Shown: piece by piece, positions 28,846 through 38,020 of the stretch
Numbering within the stretch: position 1 is the stretch's first letter
Layout: the number at the start of each line of letters is the position of its first letter
NCBI GenBank assembly: GCA_963744305.1
Contig: CAVUTF010000033.1
Coordinates: 63,991 to 127,990 of the forward strand
Reading direction: 5' to 3'
From: an uncultured Gammaproteobacteria bacterium
GTDB taxonomy: Bacteria; Pseudomonadota; Gammaproteobacteria; Steroidobacterales; Rariloculaceae
Length of the DNA stretch: 64,000 nt
Made by a program: the position numbers and the translations under genes
The notes under the pieces: generated by a model
Told to the model about the DNA's origin: nothing
Database searches by the model: none
What the model saw: only the letters and a program-made list of their open reading frames with translations

Positions 28846-30900
28846 CTACGGCAGCGCGTAGGCCACGAGTGCTTGTGCATCGTCGGCGTAGGGGCCGTCG
28901 ATCGCAGTAGCGCCGGCCGCGACGATCGCGACGTATTGCTTGCCGTCGGCCGCCCGGTACGTGATTGGCACGGCATGGGCGCTCATCGCAAGCTCCGCCG
29001 TCCACAGCTCTTCGCCCGTCCGGGAGTCGAACGCGCGGAACCGTTTGTCGTTGGTCGCGCCGATGAAGAGGAGCCCTCCGGCGGTCGTGATCGGGCCGCC
29101 CAAGTTCAATCGGCCCGTGCGTTGCTTGTCCGCGGGCAACTGCTCGGTGATTCCGAGGGGGACCTGCCATGCGACGTCTCCCGTCGCCGCATTGACGGCC
29201 GTGAGTCGGCCCCATGGCGGCTTCTGACACGGCCACGCGAGCTCGCCTCCCGAAAGCTCGTTGCCGCCCGAGTCGGCGGAAGCGTCGTTCCCCCAGAAGC
29301 GCGCGAGCGGACCGCCTACAGCGCTACTGCGCCGAAACTCCGGTGTCCGCGAGCGGGCCACTTCGTCCGCGGCGTTCGTGGGGGCCTGCTCGATCCACCC
29401 GATGCTGCCATCGTCCGTGGTATTCACGAACACGTAGCCCAAGCGCGGATCCGACGCCGTCCCTCCCCAATTCGCGCCGCCGATCGAGCCTGGGAACACG
29501 AGCGTCGTGCGTGCGCGCGCATCGGGCGCGCGATAGCGATAGGGCGTGAACGGACCGCGGTTGTCCAATCCGCCGCTGCGGTCGCGCAGCTGGCGACAGA
29601 ACTGCGCATGCTCCGCGGTCGTGTCCTCCGCGCTAACGATGTCTTCGGCTTTGTAGGCCACGCGCGCGAGCGGCGGCGGCTTGACCGGAATTGGTTGCGT
29701 CGGCGCCGTTTGCTCGCCCGGGACGTCGCTTTTCGGCATCGGCAGCTCCTCGATGCCGAACAGCGGCGCACCGGTTACGCGATTCAATAGATACAGATAT
29801 CCCGCCTTGCCGGGCTGCGCGAGTATCGGCACGGTTTCGCCGGCCGCGATGACGTCGAGCAATCCTGGCGGCGCCGGCAGATCGTAGTCCCAGATATCGT
29901 GATGCACCGTCTGGTAGTGCCATTTGCGCCGGCCGCTGCGAACGTCGAGAGCGACGATCGAATTGGCGAAGAGATTGTCGCCGGGACGATCGCCGCCGTA
30001 GAAGTCATCGGGCCCCGCGCTCTCGAACGCCGCATAGAGGATGCCCCGATCGACGTCGATGGTGAACGAGAACGGCCAATGCAGCAGATTCGGTTGATCG
30101 CGCCACGCATCGCTCTGCCACGTCTCATGGCCAACCTCGCCCGGTTGCGGAACGGAATTGAATACCCATACCTCGGTGCCGGTGCGCGCGTTGAAGGCCC
30201 GTACGCTGCCGGGCGCGCTGTTCGAGCCGACGATCAGCAAGTCTTCGAAACGCGTCGGCCCGGAATTGAAAACGACGGGCATCTCGATCTCACCATCGCG
30301 GCCGAACTCGAGAACTCTGACGCCGGTGGCAGCGTCGAGTGCGATCAAGCGGCGCCCCGAGGTGAAAAACAGGCGCGCTGGTGCGTCCGCGTGCCCCGGC
30401 CAGTACGCCACCGATCGTCGCGACGGCACACCGCGATCGAGCGTGTAGCGCCAAAGCTCCTGTCCGGTGTGCGCGTGCAGCGCGACGACGCGGTCGGCTG
30501 CGGCGACATACAGCACTCCGTCGATCGCAAGGGGTGTGAACTCCGACCCGCCGGACCAGCTGCCCGTGGTCTCGTTGCGGCCGAGCGGATACGACCAGAC
30601 CTGTTTCAGATCGGCGACGTTCTCCGTATGAATTGCTCGCAGCGGCGAGTACCGAGTCCCCGCGAGATCGTGGTTGTAGGTCGGCCAATCAGCCGCGGAC
30701 GTCGCTTCGGCCGTCGGCGCCGGGAAACTTGGGGTCGCTACAGTCGTCGGCGCGTTCGCCTGAGGATCGCAGCCCGCCAGAACCACCGCGAGCATGAGCG
30801 CCGCTCGGTAGCCGCTGCGCCTTGCCTGACGACTTTCGCCACGCGGTTGCGGACAGCGTTTGCTTATGACAAGCATTGAAATCTTGAGCCGCGCGCGCAA
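28846..30900 (-). CDS. PQQ-dependent dehydrogenase, glucose/quinate/shikimate-like propeller, lipoprotein (no TM anchor domain)
   Basis: Lipobox VVLAGC. Motifs are DWPTYNHDLAGTRYSPL, EFTPLAIDGVLYV, ALDAATG, GDNLFANSIVALDVRSGRRKWHYQTVHHDIWDYD and GKQYVAIVAAG. The reading frame is intact and the exact start is uncertain. Confidence 0.82.
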   Translation of the reverse strand: MRARLKISMLVISKRCPQPRGESRQARRSGYRAALMLAVVLAGCDPQANAPTTVATPSFPAPTAEATSAADWPTYNHDLAGTRYSPLRAIHTENVADLKQVWSYPLGRNETTGSWSGGSEFTPLAIDGVLYVAAADRVVALHAHTGQELWRYTLDRGVPSRRSVAYWPGHADAPARLFFTSGRRLIALDAATGVRVLEFGRDGEIEMPVVFNSGPTRFEDLLIVGSNSAPGSVRAFNARTGTEVWVFNSVPQPGEVGHETWQSDAWRDQPNLLHWPFSFTIDVDRGILYAAFESAGPDDFYGGDRPGDNLFANSIVALDVRSGRRKWHYQTVHHDIWDYDLPAPPGLLDVIAAGETVPILAQPGKAGYLYLLNRVTGAPLFGIEELPMPKSDVPGEQTAPTQPIPVKPPPLARVAYKAEDIVSAEDTTAEHAQFCRQLRDRSGGLDNRGPFTPYRYRAPDARARTTLVFPGSIGGANWGGTASDPRLGYVFVNTTDDGSIGWIEQAPTNAADEVARSRTPEFRRSSAVGGPLARFWGNDASADSGGNELSGGELAWPCQKPPWGRLTAVNAATGDVAWQVPLGITEQLPADKQRTGRLNLGGPITTAGGLLFIGATNDKRFRAFDSRTGEELWTAELAMSAHAVPITYRAADGKQYVAIVAAGATAIDGPYADDAQALVAYALP

Positions 30901-30974
30901 AGGCCGAAGTTTAGGGCAGCCTCGAGCGGGGTGCTAGAATCCGGCACCGATCTTGCCACCACCGGGAGACGACA

Positions 30975-31673
30975 ATGCAGCAAGCACAGACCGTTCCGAG
31001 CTACACACCGGTTGCCGCTCTCGGCACCGATGCGCGCTCGACGTTCATTTGGCGCACCTACGGCCATGTGGCGCTCGCGATTCTAGGCTTCGGAGCGATC
31101 GAAACTTATCTCTTCGACAGCGGTCTCGCGCAGCCATTGGCCACCGCAATGCTCGGCTTCAATTGGCTGCTGATCCTGGGCGCATTCATGGTCATCGGTT
31201 GGCTTGCCACGCATGTCGCGCATCGCGTCGACTCGAAGCCGCTGCAGTATCTTGCGCTTGCCGGATTCGTGATCGCCCAGGCGATCATCTTCGTGCCGCT
31301 GCTGGCACTTGCGATGTCCATGCAGCCCGGCATGATCGAAAGCGCAGCCGGCGTTACGCTCCTCGGCGCGGGCGGTCTCACCGTCGTCGCGTTCGTGACG
31401 CGCAAGGATTTTTCGTTCTTGCGGGGCGTGCTCGTGTGGGGCGGTATCCTCGCCCTGATCGCGATCGTCGCGAGCGTACTGTTTGGATTCGAGATGGGCA
31501 CGTGGTTCTCGGTCGCCATGGTCGGCTTTGCCGGCGCGGCCGTCCTGTACGACACCTCGAACGTGCTGCATCACTATTCGGAAGATCGCTACGTCGCCGC
31601 GGCCTTGGAGCTGTTTGCCTCCATCGCGTTGATGTTCTGGTATGTCCTGCGCTTGTTCATGTCGCGCGACTGA
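30975..31673 (+). CDS. Bax inhibitor-1/YccA family membrane protein
   Basis: There are 7 hydrophobic segments. FIWRTYGHVAL...FVTRKDFSFL...AAVLYDTSNVLH...AALELFASIALMFWYVLRLF is typical of BI-1/YccA. RBS GGGAGA. Confidence 0.88.
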   Translation: MQQAQTVPSYTPVAALGTDARSTFIWRTYGHVALAILGFGAIETYLFDSGLAQPLATAMLGFNWLLILGAFMVIGWLATHVAHRVDSKPLQYLALAGFVIAQAIIFVPLLALAMSMQPGMIESAAGVTLLGAGGLTVVAFVTRKDFSFLRGVLVWGGILALIAIVASVLFGFEMGTWFSVAMVGFAGAAVLYDTSNVLHHYSEDRYVAAALELFASIALMFWYVLRLFMSRD

Positions 31674-31696
31674 CGATTGGCTCGTTCCGCTTTCCG

Positions 31697-31730
31697 CACG
31701 GCGTGCCACACGGCACGCCGTGCGCGTTTT
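31697..31730 (+). terminator. rho-independent terminator after the BI-1 gene
   Basis: An 11-bp perfect stem CACGGCGTGCC / GGCACGCCGTG with loop ACAC, followed by CGCGTTTT. Confidence 0.7.
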
Positions 31731-31734
31731 GGAT

Positions 31735-31783
31735 GACCGCCATGGATGGCGGGCATGCCGCAACTCCGGGAGCAAATTGCGGC
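31735..31783. repeat. REP-like intergenic repeat, copy 1
   Basis: GACCGCCATGGATGGCGGGCATGCCGCAACTCCGGGAGCAAATTGCGGC matches 33776-33824 at 42 of 49 positions. It contains two short dyads. Confidence 0.6.
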
Positions 31784-31788
31784 TGCCT

Positions 31789-33007
31789 TCATTCGAGGCC
31801 CATGCAGTTCGCGTAGTACGTCACGGTGGCCGGCCAGTCGCTGAACACTGCGCGCGCGCCCACCTGCTTGGCCAGAACGTCGAGCACGGTGTAGACGTCG
31901 CCGTCGTTGTCGATCGCTGCAGCCACCGATCGGTAGTAATACGTCGGCGGCGGCCCCTTCGCGCGCACTAGCGACCCCGAACGCTCGAGCGTCCACGCAA
32001 TGATGTCGAGGCCGGCGGCGCGGGCGGCGAGCGCGTAATCCGAAGCCACGATCCTGCCGGCGCTGTCTAGCTCGAGCAGCGCCCAGATCGGCGGCGCAAT
32101 GATGCGGACACCGCGGCGCGCGAGCTCGGGCATTTGGCGCACAGCGTCGTCGACTCCGCCGTCGCGGTCCACGCGATCATCGAGATAGAGTGCCTGCTGA
32201 CCGTAAGCCGGCTCTTTCGCGAGCCAGTAGAGGATGTCGTCGAGATTGAACGACTGCGCGAACACGTCTCGCGGATGTACCCGGGCCCGCTTGTATTCCT
32301 CGATCAACTGCTGCGCGTAGTGCTCCTGCGTGAACTCGCCGCCGTATGGCATCGCCACCTGCGCGGCTTTGAGCTCGGGTGCGAATTTGACGCCGAGCCG
32401 CCGGAAAAGCTCGATGCTTTGCGCGTGCGAAAGCAGCGTGCCGAGCGATACTCGATCGGCCTGTGCCGCGGAGCCGGCGCTCATGTATTGCGCGACGGTG
32501 GTCGCGGTTGCGTCGAAAGCATCCCTCTTGCCGTGCAGCGTGAGGAACTCGGCAAGCGTGAGGTCACTCGTGCAGCACTGCGCGGCGGCCGGAGTGCCGC
32601 TCGCGGGATTCGCCGGTGTGAACGGCAGCGTGCATTTCGCCGCAAGCTCGGGCACAGCGAGGATGTCGGTTGTCGTGTGCAGGTCGCACTGCGAATGTCG
32701 GCAGACGAGCTGTCGGTCGCTCGTGAAGGTCACATCGCACTCGAGAACGCCTGCTCCCATTCGCGCAGCCGCTTCGTAGGACTCGCGCGTGTGCTCGGGG
32801 TATTTGAGCGGTGCACCGCGGTGGCCGATCGAGAAAGACGTGGCCTCGGGCGCGGCGGCCGGCGCATTGCTGAAGCGCATGCTTCAACGGCCCCTCGTCC
32901 ATGTCCTCGACGAGCATGAGCGGTCGCGAGCCAAGCTCCACGACCTCGTTCGCCGGAACGGCGCTTGCGAGCAGCATGCACGTCGCAAACAGGCTGAAGC
33001 GCGTCAC
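31789..33007 (-). CDS. glycerophosphodiester phosphodiesterase family protein, secreted; one frameshift near 32870
   Basis: [38 protein letters not shown] fits the GDPD catalytic pattern (HR...E.D). The signal peptide and first ~50 aa ([19 protein letters not shown]...) lie in ORF 32564-33007, a different frame. Confidence 0.78.
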
Positions 33008-33198
33008 CGGACTGGACTCCTATCGGCCCTCGTCGTGAGCCACGAGCGAGAGACTATGAGCGGATCATTGCAGTTCGTCGACGCCGCGCCCGTTCAGGCT
33101 CCAGTCAGCCCTTGGCCCGCATACTTTGCACGAGGTGGCGGCCGCCAGGCGTCCACCGATACAATGCCGTCATCCCCTCGACGAAACGGACAAAACCA

Positions 33199-33777
33199 AT
33201 GAACAGGATCAAGTACGCGAAACCCCTAGCCGCCGCCGTGGGCATGGCCCTTTGCGTGAGCGCGTTTGGCGCCGACTGGAACGTCGTCCCCGAGACGAGC
33301 TCCGTGGGGTTCATCGGCGCCCAGCAGGGCACACGCTTCAACGGCCGCTTCCAAACGTTCACCGCGCAGATCGCCTTCGATCCGGGCAACCCAACCGCCG
33401 GCAGCATCGTCGGCACGGTGAAGGTGGAGTCGGTGAACACACGCGATCACGATCGCGACGCGGCGCTCCTCGACAAGGACTGGTTCAACGCGAAGGAGTT
33501 TCCGGAAGCGCGGTTCGAGTCGCAGACCATCACGCGCGCTGACGACGGCTCGTTTCAGGCCGCGGGCCAGCTGACCTTGAAGGGCCAATCCAAGCCGGCG
33601 ACGATGAAGTTCACGTTCAGCCCGTCGGAAACCTCAGCGGGCCAGCCCGGTGCCGCACAATTTGCGGGATCGATGGTCGTGAACCGGTTCGACTTCAACG
33701 TGGGCGAAGGCTGGAACGACACGAGCTGGGTGGGACAGGACGTCACGGTCGAGGTTAAGCTAGATTTGAAGCGGTGA
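33199..33777 (+). CDS. YceI family periplasmic protein
   Basis: A signal peptide is followed by WNVVPETSSVGFIGAQQGTRFNGRFQTF...SVNTRDHDRDAALLDKDWFNAKEFPEARFES...LTLKG, the YceI-like lipid/polyisoprenoid-binding domain. Confidence 0.85.
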   Translation: MNRIKYAKPLAAAVGMALCVSAFGADWNVVPETSSVGFIGAQQGTRFNGRFQTFTAQIAFDPGNPTAGSIVGTVKVESVNTRDHDRDAALLDKDWFNAKEFPEARFESQTITRADDGSFQAAGQLTLKGQSKPATMKFTFSPSETSAGQPGAAQFAGSMVVNRFDFNVGEGWNDTSWVGQDVTVEVKLDLKR

Positions 33778-33824
33778 CGGCCATGGACGGCCGGCATGCC
33801 GCAATTGCAGGAGCGAATTGCGGC
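33776..33824. repeat. REP-like intergenic repeat, copy 2
   Basis: GACGGCCATGGACGGCCGGCATGCCGCAATTGCAGGAGCGAATTGCGGC overlaps the YceI stop codon. The second dyad is GCCGCAATT-N9-AATTGCGGC. Confidence 0.6.
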
Positions 33825-33860
33825 GAGATCTACTTCTAGTCGCAACTTCTTAACGCACAA

Positions 33861-33896
33861 AGAAAAAGGGCGGTCCAGGTGACCGCCCTTTGTTTT
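33861..33896. terminator. bidirectional rho-independent terminator between convergent genes
   Basis: AGAAAAA-GGGCGGTC-caggt-GACCGCCC-TTTGTTTT. A GC stem is flanked by an A-run and a T-run, between the YceI (+) and ankyrin (-) 3' ends. Confidence 0.75.
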
Positions 33897-33912
33897 GCCT
33901 CTTTCGCGTTCG

Positions 33913-35380
33913 TCAATTCGCCATCGCGATCGTAATACCCTGCTTCGCCATGAGCTCGCGCAGCAGTTTTTCCGTCTCGGGCATCGGCCGCGGCGGCTGA
34001 CCTTCATTGGCCGCAATGCCTTGCGCCCACGTGATCACGGAGCGGCCCTTGGCGTCCTTCACGTCGAGCTTCGCGCCATGGTCGACGAGGTACTGCACTA
34101 CGTTGTTCGTGCCTTTGAAGACCGCGCCGATCAACGGTGTGATGCCTTCTGTCGTTGCAGCATTCACATCCATCTTGAGCTCCTCGACCAGCAGATCGAG
34201 GGCCGCGAAGATCTCTTCATCGGAGCGGATATGCCCCTGGCCTAACGGCCAGCCGGCGCCCGCGAGCAACAGCAGCGCCGTCTCGTTTTTCTCGGTGACG
34301 ACCGTCGGATCGGCGCCGCGCTCGAGCAGCAGGCGCATGACCTCGATGTCGCCGTTCCAGGCCGCGCGCAGGAACGGCGTCCCCCCCTTCAAATCGGTCC
34401 AACGCATGTCGAACGAGCCCCGGTGACCGACCTTGCCGGCGATCTTCACGCTGAGGTCCGCGCCGGAATCTACGAGCTGCTCGATCATCGCGAGGTGCCG
34501 CTCTTGCGGAAGCACTGGAGCCGGCCCTTGAGACCATTGCACGTTGCGCAGATCGATCACTGTGTACAAGGGACTTCTTCCGTTGCTGTCCGCGATGCTG
34601 GGATTCGCGCCGTGTTCGAGCAACAGCGATGCAACGTCGTAGTGACCGTTGACGACCGCGATCAGGAGCGGGCTCGTATTGTCGGCGCCCGTTTGATTGA
34701 CGTCCGCCCCTCCATCGATGAGCGCACGCGCGGCGTCGAGCTTCCCTTCGCGCGATGCAAACAACAGCGCGGTCATGCCTCCCGCGGGGCGGCGCTCGGG
34801 CTTGGCCGAGGCGGCCGAGCTGAAGGACAGGTCGGCGCCGCGCTCGATCAGCAACTTGATGACCTCCGTGTGGCCCTCGGCGGCGGCCCACATGACGGCC
34901 GATTGCCCGCGGAACTGGCGCGCATTGACGTCCGCGCCCCGATCGAGCAATACGGCGACGGCGGCCGCATTGCCGGTGTACGCCGTCAGCATCAACACGG
35001 TTTCGCCCTCGGTGGTCAGCACCGCGTTCGGGTCCTCACCCGCATTCAACAGCGTGGCGATCAGCTCCGCATTGCCGTTGATGGCCGCGAGGTAAATCGG
35101 CCGAGCGCCGGTGCGATTCGCCGTGCGAAAGTCCGCGCCGGCGGCGAGTAGCAACTTCGTCATCTCGAGGTCGTTGCGATGCACCGCCCAGTGCAAGGCT
35201 GTCATACCGTCAGGGCTGGGTGGCGTTGACGTCGACGGTCTCGCGCAGCAGCAGCCGGACCGTCTTGAGATCGCCGTTCATCGCGGCATCGACAATGGCG
35301 GGATCGGCATGGGCGGAAAGGGTACCGGCCAGCGACAAAACTATTGCAGTGCAGCAATGGATCAGGGTTCGTAAGTGCAT
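33913..35380 (-). CDS. secreted ankyrin-repeat protein; one frameshift near 35205-35215
   Basis: There are more than 10 ANK repeats (TALHWAVHRNDLEMTKLLLAAGAD, GARPIYLAAINGNAELIATLLNAGEDPN, and so on). The signal peptide MHLRTLIHCCTAIVLSLAGTLSAHA and the first repeat lie in ORF 35210-35491, another frame. RBS GGGGGAGG. Confidence 0.8.
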
Positions 35381-35581
35381 GAGTGCATTGCCTCCCCCGG
35401 CCGGAAAATGGAGAATCAGATCTGGACATGGTCTTATCACAAGTGGCGCCGGAGTGACAATACGCGACACCTTGAGAATTCTCCCGAACACGCTAGCAAT
35501 ATGGTGTTATAAGCTCGTGAACGGTATCGAGTTTATCGACGGCGAAATCTCGTGGTGGTTTGTTTGCAACGGGGAGCGCGC

Positions 35582-37984
35582 GTGAGTAGACGCTGCATCG
35601 TAGCTTGTCTCGCCATGACCGGAGGCGCGACCGCATTCGCCCAATCGGCAGAACCGACCGTCTCGCTCGAAAGCCTTACATCTCAGCAGCGCTTCCTGCA
35701 ACAAAACTGCATCGAATGCCATAACAGCACCGATCAATCGGCTGCCGCACTGTTCGCCGGTTTGTTCTTCGACAAGGTCGACGTGATGCACGTCGAGCAC
35801 GACCCGGAGACTTGGGAAAAGGTCGTCCACAAGCTCAGCACGGGCATGATGCCGCCCGCGGCAAAACCGCGGCCCGCCGCGCAGGAGCAGGCGCGCTTTC
35901 TGACTTATCTAGAAACTGAGCTCGGCGAGTTCGCCGCACGCAACCCGAATCCGGGCCGCCCCGCGCTGCATCGCGTGAACCGCACCGAATACGCGAACTC
36001 GATTCGCGATTTGCTTGATCTCGACATCGATGCCACGGCGTTGCTGCCCGCCGATGACTCGAGCTTCGGCTTCGACAACATCGCAGGATCCTTGGGCGTC
36101 TCACCGGTGCTATTGGAACGCTACGTCGCGGCGGCCGGCAAAATCAGCAGGCTCGCGATCGGCGATACCGGGATGGCGGATCGCCAAGAAAAGTACGTGC
36201 TTCCGGGTGACCTCACACAGAACGAGCACATCGAGGGGCTACCGTTCGGCACGCGCGGCGGCGCTCTGATCGAGCATCACTTCCCGGTCGATGCCGAGTA
36301 CGTGATCAGCGCGGATCTCGTCGAGCGCGGCGGACGGATGTTCGGCTCGAACAACAACAAATCCGAGCAGCTCGAGGTGACGCTCGACGGCAAGCAAATC
36401 GCTCTGCAGAGCCTCGCCGAGTACGAGGTCGAAGACGGCGTCCAAGTACGTATGTTCGTGACGGCCGGGCCGCACACGATCGGCGCGGCGTTCCTGAAGA
36501 AAAACCACGCGCCAGTCGAGGACATCAATCAACCGTTCGAGTTCAGCTTGTTCGAGCCTGCGATCGATCCAGACCCCGATTGGACTTTCGTACCGCATCT
36601 TGGGAGCGTCGCGATCACCGGCCCGTTCAACACTGTCGGCATCAGCGACACGCCGAGTCGCGCGAAGATCTTCGTTTGCCGTCCGGCGGATGCTAGCGAA
36701 GAGGAGGCGTGCGCCCGGCAGATCATCTCGACGCTCGCCACGCGCGCGTATCGGCAGCCGGTCGGCACCGAGCAGGTGTCGACGCTGATGGAGTTCTATG
36801 CGCAGGGCCGCAAAAACGGCGATTTCGAATCGGGCGTCGAGCTCGCATTGAGACGCATTCTTTCGAGCCCCGAGTTCGTATTCCGCTTCGAGCGGGAGAC
36901 CGAGCGCGCCGCGCCCGGTGAGCCGTACCGCATCAACGATCTCGAGCTCGCGTCGCGGCTGTCGTTTTTCATCTGGAGCAGCATTCCGGACGACGAGCTG
37001 CTCGACGTGGCTGCGCAGAACAAGCTCCACGAGCCGAGCGTGCTCCGCAGGCAAGTGCGCCGCATGCTCGCCGATCCGCGCTCTGATCAGCTGATCGAGA
37101 ACTTCGCCGGACAATGGCTGTACCTGCGCAACCTCGAGGTGAAGGGTGGCGCGGTAGAAGAATTCCCGGATTTCGACGACAACCTGCGCCAGGCTTTTCG
37201 AACGGAAACCGAGCTGCTGTTCGCGAGCATCGTTCGCGAGGATCGCAACGTCGTCGATCTCTTGACGGCCGACTATACGTTCGTCAACGAACGCCTCGCC
37301 AAGCATTACGATATCCCCGGCGTCTACGGCAGCCACTTCCGCAAGGTGACGCTCGAGAACGACGCGCGCCGCGGTCTGCTCGGTCAGGGCAGCATTCTGA
37401 TGGTCACTTCGTATCCGAATCGCACGTCGCCGGTCCAGCGCGGTGTGTGGGTGCTCGAGAACGTCGTCGGCGCGGCGGTGCCGATTCCTCCGCCGAATGT
37501 GCCTGACCTCGAGGAAACGGCGAAACACGAAAGTAATCCGAAAACCTTACGCGCCCAGATGGTGCTTCATACGGAGAAACCGTTCTGCGCGGGCTGCCAC
37601 AAGATCATGGATCCCGTCGGCTTCGCGCTGGAGAACTTCGACGCCGTCGGCAAGTGGCGCACCGAGGAGCACGGCGAACCGATCATCGCGACCGGGAAGC
37701 TCGTCGACGGCACGGAGATCGACGGCGCGAGCGATCTGCGCACGGCGCTGCTCAGATATTCGGACCGGTTCGTGCAGACCGTCACGGAAAAGCTGATGAC
37801 GTATGCGCTCGGCCGCGGCCTCGAGTACTACGATATGCCGGCCGTGCGACAGATCGCGCGAGCGGGCGCGAAGGATGAGTACAAGTTTTCGTCGATCGTG
37901 ATCGGCATTGTCGAGAGTCCGCAATTTCAAATGCGGGCGCGCGAAAGCGCGCCTGAGGCCACCGAGATCGTAGCCGGCCGATAG
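35582..37984 (+). CDS. DUF1592/DUF1588/DUF1587/DUF1585/DUF1595-type protein with N-terminal cytochrome c-like CxxCH
   Basis: GTG start after GGGGAG. The signal peptide is followed by FLQQNCIECHN, RVNRTEYANSIRDLL, GFDNIAG, FFIWSSIPDDELL, NFAGQWLYLRNL, LTADYTFVNERLAKHY, SPVQRGVWVLE and CAGCHKIMDPVGFALENFD. These are hallmarks of this family, which is always paired with DUF1552. Confidence 0.8.
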   Translation: MSRRCIVACLAMTGGATAFAQSAEPTVSLESLTSQQRFLQQNCIECHNSTDQSAAALFAGLFFDKVDVMHVEHDPETWEKVVHKLSTGMMPPAAKPRPAAQEQARFLTYLETELGEFAARNPNPGRPALHRVNRTEYANSIRDLLDLDIDATALLPADDSSFGFDNIAGSLGVSPVLLERYVAAAGKISRLAIGDTGMADRQEKYVLPGDLTQNEHIEGLPFGTRGGALIEHHFPVDAEYVISADLVERGGRMFGSNNNKSEQLEVTLDGKQIALQSLAEYEVEDGVQVRMFVTAGPHTIGAAFLKKNHAPVEDINQPFEFSLFEPAIDPDPDWTFVPHLGSVAITGPFNTVGISDTPSRAKIFVCRPADASEEEACARQIISTLATRAYRQPVGTEQVSTLMEFYAQGRKNGDFESGVELALRRILSSPEFVFRFERETERAAPGEPYRINDLELASRLSFFIWSSIPDDELLDVAAQNKLHEPSVLRRQVRRMLADPRSDQLIENFAGQWLYLRNLEVKGGAVEEFPDFDDNLRQAFRTETELLFASIVREDRNVVDLLTADYTFVNERLAKHYDIPGVYGSHFRKVTLENDARRGLLGQGSILMVTSYPNRTSPVQRGVWVLENVVGAAVPIPPPNVPDLEETAKHESNPKTLRAQMVLHTEKPFCAGCHKIMDPVGFALENFDAVGKWRTEEHGEPIIATGKLVDGTEIDGASDLRTALLRYSDRFVQTVTEKLMTYALGRGLEYYDMPAVRQIARAGAKDEYKFSSIVIGIVESPQFQMRARESAPEATEIVAGR

Positions 37985-38020
37985 CGGCGGCAGATGACCC
38001 AATTTGAGGGAGAGGAACCG

